Source of the DNA: Paramecium tetraurelia
Lineage: Eukaryota
DNA: 38,907 nucleotides
Reading direction: 5' to 3'
NCBI GenBank assembly: GCA_000165425.1
Contig: CT868047.1
Location: 186,001-224,907, forward strand
Part shown: positions 12,994 to 23,965 of the stretch, piece by piece
Numbering within the stretch: the stretch's first letter is position 1
Layout of the letters: each line of letters begins with the position of its first letter
Position numbers and translations under genes: made by a program
Notes under the pieces: generated by a model
Told to the model about the DNA's origin: nothing
The model's database searches: none
Seen by the model: only the letters and a program-made list of their open reading frames with translations

Positions 12994-13610
12994 TCAATCC
13001 ATCTCTATCTATAAAATTGACATTATAAATATGGTTAAACTTCTTTATTATAATTTGTAAACAATAGAGTAAATTTCTAAAGTGCCTAGTAACATTGGAA
13101 GCCAAGAAAATTTTCTATTCTTTTAAATTCAATCCTGAAATGAACCTCCTATTGAAGAATTAGATCATTGAGTTGTTCATAAAGGAAAGACTTTTCAACA
13201 GATTACAGAAAATAATTGACTGGCATACAAAATTAAGCTATTTTTTTTCTGCAAAAGTCATCTGAATGTGTTGAGTAAAATTATTATCTTTAAAGTACAT
13301 CAAATTCTTAACTTTGTGTGTGTTCAAAATTTCCACCTTTTCTATTAGGATAACTATCCTACTATTCATAATTCCATTTTATAATCAATTCCTTAATAGC
13401 AACAATATAAGGGTCTCGACAATTTTATAGGGTAAATTGATCAAATTTTTGGATATCACTATATTTATCTAGAATTTTAATAAAAGAATTTACTTAGAGC
13501 ACTTAAATGAAATGTCATTTCTCATATATCAACCATTTTATAGATTACATTATTTGATTTTTTATTGAAAGGGCAGTAATATTGTTGGATTAAGTAGAAT
13601 CCATTAAGAT
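12994..13610 (-). CDS. Hypothetical protein, start uncertain
   Basis: About 140-codon open frame DIQKFDQFTLQNCRDPYIVAIKELIIKWNYE..RIENFLGFQCYQALQKF; 25-nt and 32-nt candidate introns give TGA at 12994. Confidence 0.45.
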
Positions 13611-13771
13611 TTCTCTTATAAAATATTGCTGTCTTTATCATTAATGGAGTCGTAATTATATGTACGGATATTGAGTGAATAAATATACATATATTTACAA
13701 ATTAAAAGAAATCTTTATTCAATGAATTATTTATTAAAATTTTTTTAATTTATATTTCAACAAAATAAAGC

Positions 13772-14914
13772 ATGTCTGGCTATGATATAAATCTATTCCA
13801 ACCTAAACCTGAGCATCACTATATTTGTTTAGTTTGCAATAAAATTGTAAAGGACCCACAAGAGTGCGGTTAATGTGGTTAAATGTACTGCAATGTATGT
13901 GTAACCCAAAAGCCCACTTGTAAGAGTCCTTCTTGCCAAAAAGTAATGCCTCAACAATATAACAAAATTTAAGGAGCAATGCTCAAAGCTTATAAGAATT
14001 TAACATTAAGTTGCCCAAATGTCTCATGCAAAAAAATTTTCACAATTGTAGATTTTGAGTAACATCAAACAGAATGTGTGAAATCTAAATGTCAAAATTA
14101 TGATGTATGCAATGAATTTATAACATAAGAGAAAAATATGTAATTCTATAAACATATTTTAGTTCATCATTATATTGCAGTGTTATTTGTGAATGTACTG
14201 ATTAATTACATAATAATGCAGGAGTTTCCAAGAAATAATTTGAGATTATTAAACAGTATGTAACTCAGTTATCAAATTCACCATCTCAAATTTAGAGTAT
14301 ATAAACTTAAAATATTCAATAACAACCTATTGTAATGGGTAATGGAGGTATTGTTTTTAAATGGGACAAAAATAAATGTGGATAAAGTATTTAATTGTCG
14401 AATGATAATGCTTCTTTGTTTTTGAAAGAAAACTCACACATTTTCAGATCGGTGTTGGGAGATATTGTAATTTTTAATATTTTATGAAGCCTTTTGAAAG
14501 GGGGATTCATTATTGGGAAATTGAAGGAGATAGTAGAACAGAAAACGAATTAAAAATTGGTGTTGTTGTAGGAAATAACATAAATTTAAATGCTGCATTT
14601 TGTGACTTTCCTCAAGGATTTGCATACTATGGATTATCATAATTAAGAAATGGACAAACTAATAGTGGTTAATCGTATGGGAAAAAATTCAAAAACGAAG
14701 GTGTTCTAGGTGTCTGTCTAAATATGAATAATGGTAATTGATATCATAAATAACTTTAGGAACTCTGTCCTTCTAATTAAACAATGATTATATGGGCATT
14801 GCGTTTAGATCAGAGTTGCTAAAAAAAGGGCCAATCTATGCTGCAGTTGCTGTGTTACATTGTGGTGGATGTACAGTAAGATCTGGAAAACCAGTACCTA
14901 AATATATGGAATGA
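13772..14914 (+). CDS. RING / TRAF-type zinc finger plus SPRY domain protein (probable E3 ligase)
   Basis: CLVCNKIVKDPQECGQCGQMYCNVC, LSCPNVSC..HQTEC, then FKWD..GIHYWEIEGD..LKIGV..GVLGVCLNMNNGTLSF..GPIYAAVAV; three introns. Confidence 0.88.
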
Positions 14915-14939
14915 TATTTATTCAAACTCTTTTTAGCAG

Positions 14940-16130
14940 TCAACTTGTATTTTCGATATATTTTTTATTATAACATTATATAATTAAGTTTATAAATTGA
15001 GATGTTCTGAATACATTTCGCAATTTCTAACAATGAAGCCGATTTATTAATAGTCCTTTTTGAATTATTGATTGATATGATAATTAAAGGGAGAATATTA
15101 TCAATAACATTTTTGGTTTTACAGCCTTTGAAAAGACTTTTTGTTTCTTAGAAATTAAACGATCTTATCAAGTGTGCTTCTTCAGCTTTCTAAGTAAATA
15201 TAAATTGTTTAAAATCAGTCTTGAAAAAATGTGATTTTATTTTTTATAGAATTAAATTGAAAATACAAACTTTGAATTATTTATTAGTGATTAGACTTCT
15301 AAATATGCTTTTATATCCTCTAATAAAAGGAATAAATTAATATTATCAATGGCGCTAATGGCTTGTCTGATTGCATATATTATCTCAGGATATTATTTTT
15401 ATAGATGAACTTTGGGATATTAATAAATCGTTTGCTAAATCGATGCATTGAAATAAATTATTATGACTGGTATTTCAAGAGTGATTCTTGAGTTTACTCA
15501 ATAGGTTGGGTTTGTAGTCTATTCATTGCTTTAATGTATGCTGTTATTATTCATTATTCATTAAGACAGTATTTAATCAATTATAATACGTTTAGATACA
15601 TTCTAAATTTATTTTATTCATAATAGAGTCGACATTAAGAAGTAAATCATTTCATTCCCAATACATTTTCCTATTATTAATCCTTTTATATTTATCTTTG
15701 GTATTATTAAAATTAAATTTTTTGATCCATTATGATCGATAGGACAGAATTAATGGATTATAAAAATTAATCTATCAATTACACAAGAAATTCCCTGTAA
15801 GTATGAAATAATGCTTGTTTTCAATTTACAGGATTAGGAGCTGTAATAACAGGGTTGCTAGTTAGTGTTGTGAAAACCGAGGGTTCCTATGAGGAAGGCC
15901 TCTTTAGTAAGTGAAAGATAAGGCTTACTAAAAAATAGATTACTCTCAGTATTTCTTCTATTTATAATTTTGATTCCTTTTATATATATTAAGTCGAATA
16001 GTTTAGTAGTTCTATTAATATGAAAATTATTGAATAAATAAATGATATTAGATTATTCGAATATTATTAGGAGTTGCGATAAATCATAATTTGGTAATTC
16101 CATATCTTTTAAGAAGATTAAATTTACAAA
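14940..16130 (-). pseudogene. Probable decayed gene
   Basis: Coding-like fragments in changing frames (e.g. MNRLQTQPIEQTQESLLKYQ, KAEEAHLIRSFNFQETKSLFKGC) broken by TGA; no coherent spliced model found. Confidence 0.3.
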
Positions 16131-16273
16131 CACCAGTTCATTTTCTATTTTTAAGTAAAAGATAGTAATTTTTGTAGGGCGATGGTTTGTAGTAATAAGT
16201 AAATTAATATAATTATTCATATAATTGAAATAAAGTATTTGAAATATGCTTTGATTAATTTAATCTATTGTAA

Positions 16274-16672
16274 ATGGACGCTGAAGTCACAATCTTTGAT
16301 AAAATCGTTTAAGGTTAAATAATAGCAAACATCATTTATGAGGATAATCTAGTAATATTTATACTTATCTAGTGCCTTGCTTTTCATGATGTTATCCCTT
16401 AGTCTCCTGTGCATATTCTCTTAATTCCAAAATAGAGAAATGGTTTGACTTAATTATCTAAGGCTCAAGAACATAATAAAGAAGTCTTAGGCCATTTATT
16501 ATTCACGGTGTCTAAAATAGTAGAATTAGTGAATGAATTTAATAGAGGATTCAGAGTTGTCATTAACGATGGTGAGAATGGAGGTCAAGGTGTATGGCAT
16601 CTTCATCTACACATTATTGGAGGAGAATAATTAACCTGGCCTCCAGGATCAATTGGAAGCTCGAAAAAGTGA
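16274..16672 (+). CDS. Histidine triad nucleotide-binding protein (HINT branch of HIT family)
   Basis: [66 protein letters not shown]; 21-nt intron 16352-16372. Confidence 0.95.
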
Positions 16673-16712
16673 AGATGGTTAAAATAATAATAATATTTTT
16701 ATACTTTATGGA

Positions 16713-17167
16713 TCAGAATCTTAACACTCTGTCTTGAACGTACAACATTTCATATCTTGTATTGTAATCCATGTCTCCAGATGGTTTGCATGCCAAGTCC
16801 CAATATGATGTATTAAACACCTATTCATTAGATATTATTGAATACTTAGCAGGGATCTCCTAACAAAAATGTATTCCAAATAAGAATGTAAGCAAATAAC
16901 ACCCAACCACTTCTGTACATTAAGTTCATGGCCATCACGTGCATCTTGTAAGTATAACTGTGATCCTCTTCCATTCCAATACTGTCACCTGCTTATCTCA
17001 AAACTAATGTTTTGAATAATCCTCTTTAACTTAAATTAGAATATTTACTGTCTTCCAATCCCATGATAATATCCGGTTTAATAAGTGGCTAACAATTTTG
17101 GATCAAATCTATTAATATATTAATAGTAAGCATGTTTGGAACAGGTTTTGTAAAATCTCTTCTCCAT
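16713..17167 (-). CDS. Small single-pass membrane protein, function unknown
   Basis: MEKRFYKTCSKHAYYQYINRFDPK..YRSGWVLFAYILIWNTFLLGDPCQVFNTSYWDLACKP..DRVLRF-TGA; two 25-nt introns restore the frame. Confidence 0.8.
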
Positions 17168-17218
17168 TATTTAATATTATTATTATATATAATTTTATTT
17201 ACGATTGATAATATAATC

Positions 17219-19000
17219 TCAATCTTTCTTCTTCTTACCTTCTTTCTTACTTTAGCCACTCCTGCTAGTGATTCCTTTATTTTCAATTGGCTTCAAATCA
17301 CCTTAGCTCCTTTGATTCTCATTCTAAATTGACTTATCATCATTCAAGATTTCCCTTTCACCCCAGTACCAGGCAAGAATCTCATAAAGAGTTCTTACTC
17401 CTCCAATTAACAAAGGACCAATCAAAAGTCCTTACCATTGAAATGAAATGTATCCTAAAATAACAGACATTGCACTCCAGTATGCATCGCCTAATTGTTT
17501 TTAAAACGTGTTTAAATAAATTGAACCAGATTAAAAATAAAATCCTATAGCCAACAATATGGTTAATCCATCATTTATACAAAACTCATGAACAGCATCA
17601 TTTAGAAATCCAGCCAACCACCAAATTCCAGTGATTAATGTAAATGTCAATCCAGGATCCACTATCTAAGTTAAAGATAATAATCCAATCAAAAAGACTT
17701 TATATAAAGGCTAACTTTATTTGTAATATATTCAAAAACATATATGATAACATAAAGTGTTACATAAAAAATAGTAAATAAGGATACAAATACTCCTGTT
17801 ATGTGTTTACTAATATTCTAAACCAATGTTCCTTTAAATGAATTTTTCTTTTCTTTCACACTAATTAAATCATAAAACGAAGATTCTGTTAATAAGTACA
17901 TCACTCCCTATTAAAAAATAATGAACTTCACTAAAAATGCGACACTCCCACTAAATATCTTTATGAGAAACTGTCCAATCACGGATGCAAATTACTATAA
18001 TTGAGGCAAAATAGCATTAAAATAGTTATAACCGTATTGCATATACTCATAGATTTAATCATTCAACAAATTCAAATTATTAAATAACACTTTAGCTTAA
18101 CAATACTTGGAATCTTGACAGTCCTTTAGACTTCCAAGTATTTTCAACGCGTGTTCTCCATAAAAGATCTCTAAAAAGATTACATTATTTTTATGATTAT
18201 CTTCGACATCGACAGGATTTAGGTATGATGATAGCTGCTGAATCTAAGATTCAGATAGATACTGGCCTTGCAATTAGGATAGAAGGAAGTCTGCTGATAG
18301 ATAGTATTTATATTCATTTGGAATTTAATACTTCTATAACTTTGGTATCAGGTCCTCTTTGTATATCATTATATCCTAATATATTAATGCTATTGCTATT
18401 GGTAATATTAGAATCATTCCCAACAGCACCGATGCAAATAACATTGTATTAAATAATTTAGATTTGCTAATCCATTCTAATAATCCTTACTCGTCATTTT
18501 TGGCTTTCCTCTTAAAAGGATAAGTTATTATTCTTAACAAATCAATACAAGCCCAAAATAAAACATCCCAAAACAATAATTAAGGTAAGCACTACAGTTT
18601 TATTACTATAACATAGAATATAAAAATATAAGGAATTGAAGAAATTGTAAACAGCTATTTCAAATAATCTAACATTTTAAATGGATATCTTATGCAATAC
18701 ACAAGATTTATTATTAAATTGAAAGTTATTCCAAATTTTGCTTGATGCAAAAAGTAAATTCTTTAATTTGACCATCTCTAACTATTTGTTTCATATAATT
18801 TCTAAATGCTATTCACTACTGAAATTCTTATGCTTGCCAATGCAACAGCAAAAATTATCTACATTCAATTATGCTTTTACCATAAAAAAAAAGGTTGTTA
18901 AGTAATCACCCGCTAGTTGATATAAACCATATAATATTCCTCCGCCAAATGCAGTAATTATATTTGCAGTCACTAGATATCCTACTTGAGATGAACTCAT
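17219..19000 (-). CDS. Multi-pass membrane protein, TMEM245 / AI-2E transporter-like
   Basis: N-terminal ANIITAFGGGILYGLYQLAGDYL and C-terminal AYWSAMSVILGYISFQWQGLLIGPLLIGGVRTLYE resemble TMEM245/AI-2E motifs; Lys-rich tail KKEGKKKKD-TGA; internal introns not all mapped. Confidence 0.65.
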
Positions 19001-19764
19001 AATAAATAATTTAAATATTTATATATATCATTGTATTCAAGAAAATATTTACTAATATTATCTTCTTTTTTGAGACCTATTTAAAAGAAGAGAAATATAT
19101 CCAAGGATTGTAATTCATCATTATCATCTTCCGATGTGAAGATGATAAAGTTAAAATCAAATTCATTAAAATATTAACTAAATCAATTAATTCTTCCAAA
19201 TCAAGTTTCTCTAAAGTTCCGATTGGATATAGTATAACTTGTAATTTCATAGTAATGAATAGGCATTATTTGAGTTATGAAAATCTCAACATAAGATTTT
19301 TTTTGAAGTTATTCAAATTTGAAATATTATAAAAAGAATAGGATGGATTTCTATTTAACAAAATTAAAAAGAATATTCGTTAAAGAAATATCAAACAGAA
19401 ATTATATAAACTATTTGATAGAAGTTAAATAATAAACTGTTTATCAAACTTAAAAAAATAGTTGGGGTTTAGATAGACTAACATATCAACAATCAACATT
19501 TACAGTTATATAATATATTATGATATAGTTATAAATTTTGTGAAAAAGGTCAATATTCTAAAAATAATATAATGCAAATCAAAATAAGAGTTCTTTATAA
19601 TCGAATAAAAGACATGTAATATTTATTTATTAATAAATGTTTCTAATGAAGAAACACATTTCTTCCTTTAATTAATGATAAAATATCCAAATGTATATTT
19701 ATATGAAAAATTGAATCAATTAACTTTTATTTGAACTAGTAATCTATTAAATGATTTGATTTGA

Positions 19765-20934
19765 TACAAGGTCATTATAGATTCCAATTCTAATCTCTTT
19801 TAAGAATTAGATTTTTCAAAAAGAGAAAATTAGGTCAAAGTGATAAACAAGATAATTGAGAAATAATAATAAGCATTAGAATTAATTTTTACAGAAGAAC
19901 TTGAAAATTAGTAAAAGGAATAAGAAGGACAAATCTAGAAGTTGGTAGGAATTATAGTAAAGTGATCAAATACAAAAGTTGTCAAATGAGAACAGCTAAG
20001 GGGGAAAGAGTAACCAAATGGAGATTTAAAACATAATATTGCTGCCCCAGTCAAATTGTAGTTGTAGAAGGAGGTTTCAGACAAAATAGAAGCTTGGAAT
20101 ACTCTCGATGATACTTAGAGCTTAATCCATGATTATCAGGATTGTACTTAGGACTAATTTTATACTACATAAGATGTTTAAACTCCATAAGAAAATGAAT
20201 AACTAAAGTCAGATTAAAATTAATTGATGCCTTAATCAATTCTTACTAAAAAGAAAAAGAAATAAAAAAAATCTAAAGTTTCATCTGTCAAAGAGAAGTC
20301 TGTTCGATTCGCAGATAATATTAGCCAAAAAGAGAAAAATATCAAATAAGCATAAAAAATAAAATTTGACACTGATAACAACGAATTTCTAAAAGAAACT
20401 TTGTAAAATGAAGAGTTAGACGAGCTAGAAGATGAAGATGAAACTATCAAACTCAATGAAGAGAACACTCAAATAGAGGATGCTGATTAGTAAGATGATA
20501 TAGATGAAAACGAAGATGAAGATGATAATGAAGAAAGTTAAAATGAAAATGATGAAGAAGAGGAAGAGGAAGAGGAAGAGGAAGAGGAAGAGGAAGAGGA
20601 AGAGGAAGAGGAAGAGGAAAATGAAGAAGATGATATTGAAGGTGAAAATGGAGAAGAGGAAGAGGAAGAAGAGGAAGAAGAAGAATAAGAGGAAGAAGAG
20701 GATGAAGAAGAGTAAGAGGAGGAAGATTAAGAAGAAGAGTAAGAGGATGAAGATTAAGAAGAAGAGTAAGAGGATGAAGATGCTAATGATGACTTAGATG
20801 AGGATGATTAAGAAGAGGATATTGAAGAAAACGAAAACTCTAATGAAGAAATAGATATATCTCATAAAGAAGATTATGAGAACTAAAAAATATTATAGAG
20901 ATTAAAAGAAAAAGCTCTTCAGAAAAAGTTTTGA
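19765..20934 (+). CDS. Highly acidic low-complexity protein with SILK/RVxF-like motifs; 5' part disrupted, start not found
   Basis: Open frame from ~19990 to TGA 20932-20934 with QSILTKKKKK, KSVRF and a very long E/D tract; in-frame TGAs at 19762, 19963 and 19987 upstream. Confidence 0.6.
20557..20781 (+). repeat. (GAAGAG)n poly-Glu microsatellite followed by imperfect 27-nt EEEQEDEDQ repeats
   Basis: About 10 perfect GAAGAG units at 20557-20616 and about 3 units like gaagaagagtaagaggatgaagattaa at 20704-20781. Confidence 0.9.
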
Positions 20935-21690
20935 TTTAATTATTTATATATACAAGAAAAATTAAATAAATTGTGATCATAAATATTCATAAGGTTCCGT
21001 TATGTACAGATTTTGATTTAAAAAGTTTCAGATTATAAGAGATGGAAAAGTTAAAAAATTATCATAATAGAATAATTCTTATTTTAATGATGAGAGAATA
21101 GGTTATAAATCAAATCTAGTTAATCGAAAGATTAGAACAAATACAAACTTAATTGATTAAAATAAGATTTTGAATTCTAAGGCAGGATAAATAGAATAAA
21201 CGAGTGAGCTAACGATGAGTTAAACAAGAACCAATTTATAACAAAATGGATATTACCGTAACAAATATTTTAGAAATGAGTTTTATATTTTTATCAATCA
21301 AATCCATTTTAGATAATATTCTTAAATGCTTTTGTATATTTTATAGAAAGCCTGGAAAAATTCTCATTTTTATACTTTCGAACTAATTAGTTAAATAGTT
21401 TTCTCTAAATAAATCTATTCAGGATGAATATAAAAATCAATTAGAGTTAAATCTTGATCTTATCTTATCTCTCAAATATAAAATACCAATTAATAAAATT
21501 CTCCTTATAGTTGTTTAGTTAATATTTTAGAGCATGCTGAAAAAAAATGTTAATGAAGACAAAGCACAATGAATATATTGTAATAGTTGAGCAATATGAC
21601 GGAAGAAAATTGAAGAAAATGACATATGAATTTACAGTTTGCGAGTTTAATGACTTAGTATTAGAAAGAATTACATCAAAATAAAATATA

Positions 21691-22419
21691 ATGAAAAGAT
21701 AATTAGTAAGTTTTGTGGCTCGTTTTGTAAAACAGCATCCATAGCTACAAGTAAAGACCCCTTTTTGTTAACATGAACACGTAAACAATATTTTATGAGT
21801 TAGGGTTGTTTGTATAATGTTTTAGAGGGACTGGTGAGATCTTTTGGAATAGCATATACAATGAAAGCACTTTTTGGATTGATTTCTGCTTTGTTATCTA
21901 AAAATAAGAAAATCAGCAAGGGTAGTTTAATTTTAGAAGCATTTATTGGAATAGATACATTGAAATTTGCATCATTTCCTACTGTCTATTCATTAATACA
22001 AAAGACCATAATTTGTGGATGCAGACATATGACACAACAAGATCTAAAAATCATGTCTTTTGTGTCTGGATTTAGTGCTGGATTTGTGAGCTTAAGTTTA
22101 ATAGAAGAAAGTAAGAGAAAGAATTGGGCTTTGTATTTGCTGACAAGATCAATGGATACTATGTTTAATTCATTAATAAATAAAAATATAGTTGCAAAAC
22201 GAAGCTATTATTACATCATTTTTATGGGTAATTTATAGCATAATTTCAATAGCAATTGAGGTTTTGGTGACAGCTTATGCATTTGGTTGCGAAAATGATT
22301 GCTTAGAGGACTATATGTTGAAGTTTTATGCTAGATTTGGTAATGAGAATCAATGTGAATTGGACGAAAGGAAATGTTGGCATGAGAGAGTAAGAAGGCA
22401 GTTCGAAAATAAATAATGA
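21691..22419 (+). CDS. TMEM135-like membrane protein (single half-module)
   Basis: PFCQHEH-GCLYNVLEGLVRSFGIAY..LKFASFPTVYSLIQKTIICGCRH..SFVSGFSAG..IEESKRKNWALYLLTRSMD; two introns; TGA 22417-22419. Confidence 0.7.
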
Positions 22420-22430
22420 TATTATGATTT

Positions 22431-23571
22431 TCAATATTATCGGCCACCAGTTCTACTAGCTCTTGTATTCGATTATTAAACAGTGGTAGTTTTTTCAGTT
22501 GTAGTAATAGTTTTTTATTTTTTCAAAGAATCCAATTCAGCTTATGCCATCATCCATTATTCTTAAGCAGTATGAAAATCTTAATTTGCTTTCATGAATC
22601 TTTCTTTCCAAATATCTGCTTCATTGGAATAATATTTCATTTTCTCTGTGGTTTATTGAAATTCACTCATTTCTTGTTCTAATTGTCGAATCATCTATTT
22701 ATATTATGCAATTTCTTAATCTTTGTTCCTAATAAATTGATTGAAAAAGTTACTAAATTAATCTCATGTAATTTTGCATCTCCACATTTTAAGAATTTAA
22801 TGCATTTTCCAATTTCAAGATTTACCTTTCTTTTTCTGCTAAAGCATCCCTTAATTATCTGACTTCTTCCCCACCTTAAAGTAGTTGTTGAAATTCTTAT
22901 TGCAATTTTGAATATCTCTATCTCCAAGAGTCGATTTCACTTTATTGACTTTCTATTTCTTTTCGCAAGCCATCCTCAATATCCTTCATCATTTTGATTT
23001 TTGCTTCCAATTCTCTCACTTAAAATTCTTCATTTGATGTCACCTTCAATTCTTATCCTTAATTCTTATATCTGGCTAATTCAGTTTACAAATCGAATAT
23101 TTTAATTTCTAATTCAACACATTTCTTTTTCCAGGGCTCTTCTACATCTTCAACAGAGAGGACTTACAATTCTCTTTCGACATGATACATCTCATTAATT
23201 TCAGGTTACTAAGGAGGAGGTGGAGCAGTAACAATAGGTTATTGAGGTTGAACAATTATAGTTTATTATGGAGGTGCAACTATTGGTTATTAATATTAAG
23301 GTATTTTATATTCATGAGTGTGATGCCTATATAATTTATTGTTAATGTACATGTGGTGTTATTGGATAGTTTTGACATGTTGATTTGATTATGTATACAT
23401 CTGACTTTATGCTGCTTGTTATTAATATACCATTGAAGGTTAAGGTTATATCATCTTCATTTAGATAGGTGATTAAAATTGCTAAGGAGGCAGCCTTTAA
23501 TTTGTTTAAGTCTATTATTAGTATAAAACAGATTGAACAGGAAGTTAGGGATATTAATTGTTCGTTAACAT
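22431..23571 (-). CDS. Coiled-coil protein with Pro/Gln/Val-rich N-terminus, possibly cortical cytoskeleton
   Basis: MLTNNQYPQLPVQSV..PIVAPPQQTIIVQPQQPIVTAPPPP..VEDVEEPWKKKCVELE.. heptads ..TTTEKTTTVQQSNTRASRTGGRQY-TGA. Confidence 0.8.
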
Positions 23572-23965
23572 TAATTAATTATAAATAATTAATTTTAGAA
23601 GAAATTCATTTACAAATTAATTCTACTGATTTATATAAAGAATAGGATTTGATTGAGATTGTCAACTACTAATCCCAGATTCATGGACTCAGAGTCTTTG
23701 AGTTTAATACATCATTAAGTTGGATTAGCTGGTTATATTCTCTTTGTCCTTTCTTCATAGCTGAACAATGTATACATCTTTTCAAAAACTCTTATCATCC
23801 CTCATAATTCTTATTTATTAAGGAAAGGTAATCTATCAATGATAATCCATTGCAAATATTTACATAAATAAAATTTGAATTCATTTACCAAAGTTTAGTA
23901 GAATTTCTTCATAATAGAATATAATTTGTATGATATATTTTTCAATATAATCATTAATTTAAATA

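Noticed and set aside
17120..17132. Possible GC-AG intron near the start of the small TM gene
   Set aside because: The frame reads through, and a canonical 25-nt GT-AG intron further on explains the structure.
19021..19734. ~240-codon TGA-free plus-strand frame
   Set aside because: With one stop codon long frames arise by chance; composition is I/F/N/K-rich with no motif and no clear start.
20504..20797. Track ORF of poly-KR
   Set aside because: Shifted reading of the poly-Glu tract.
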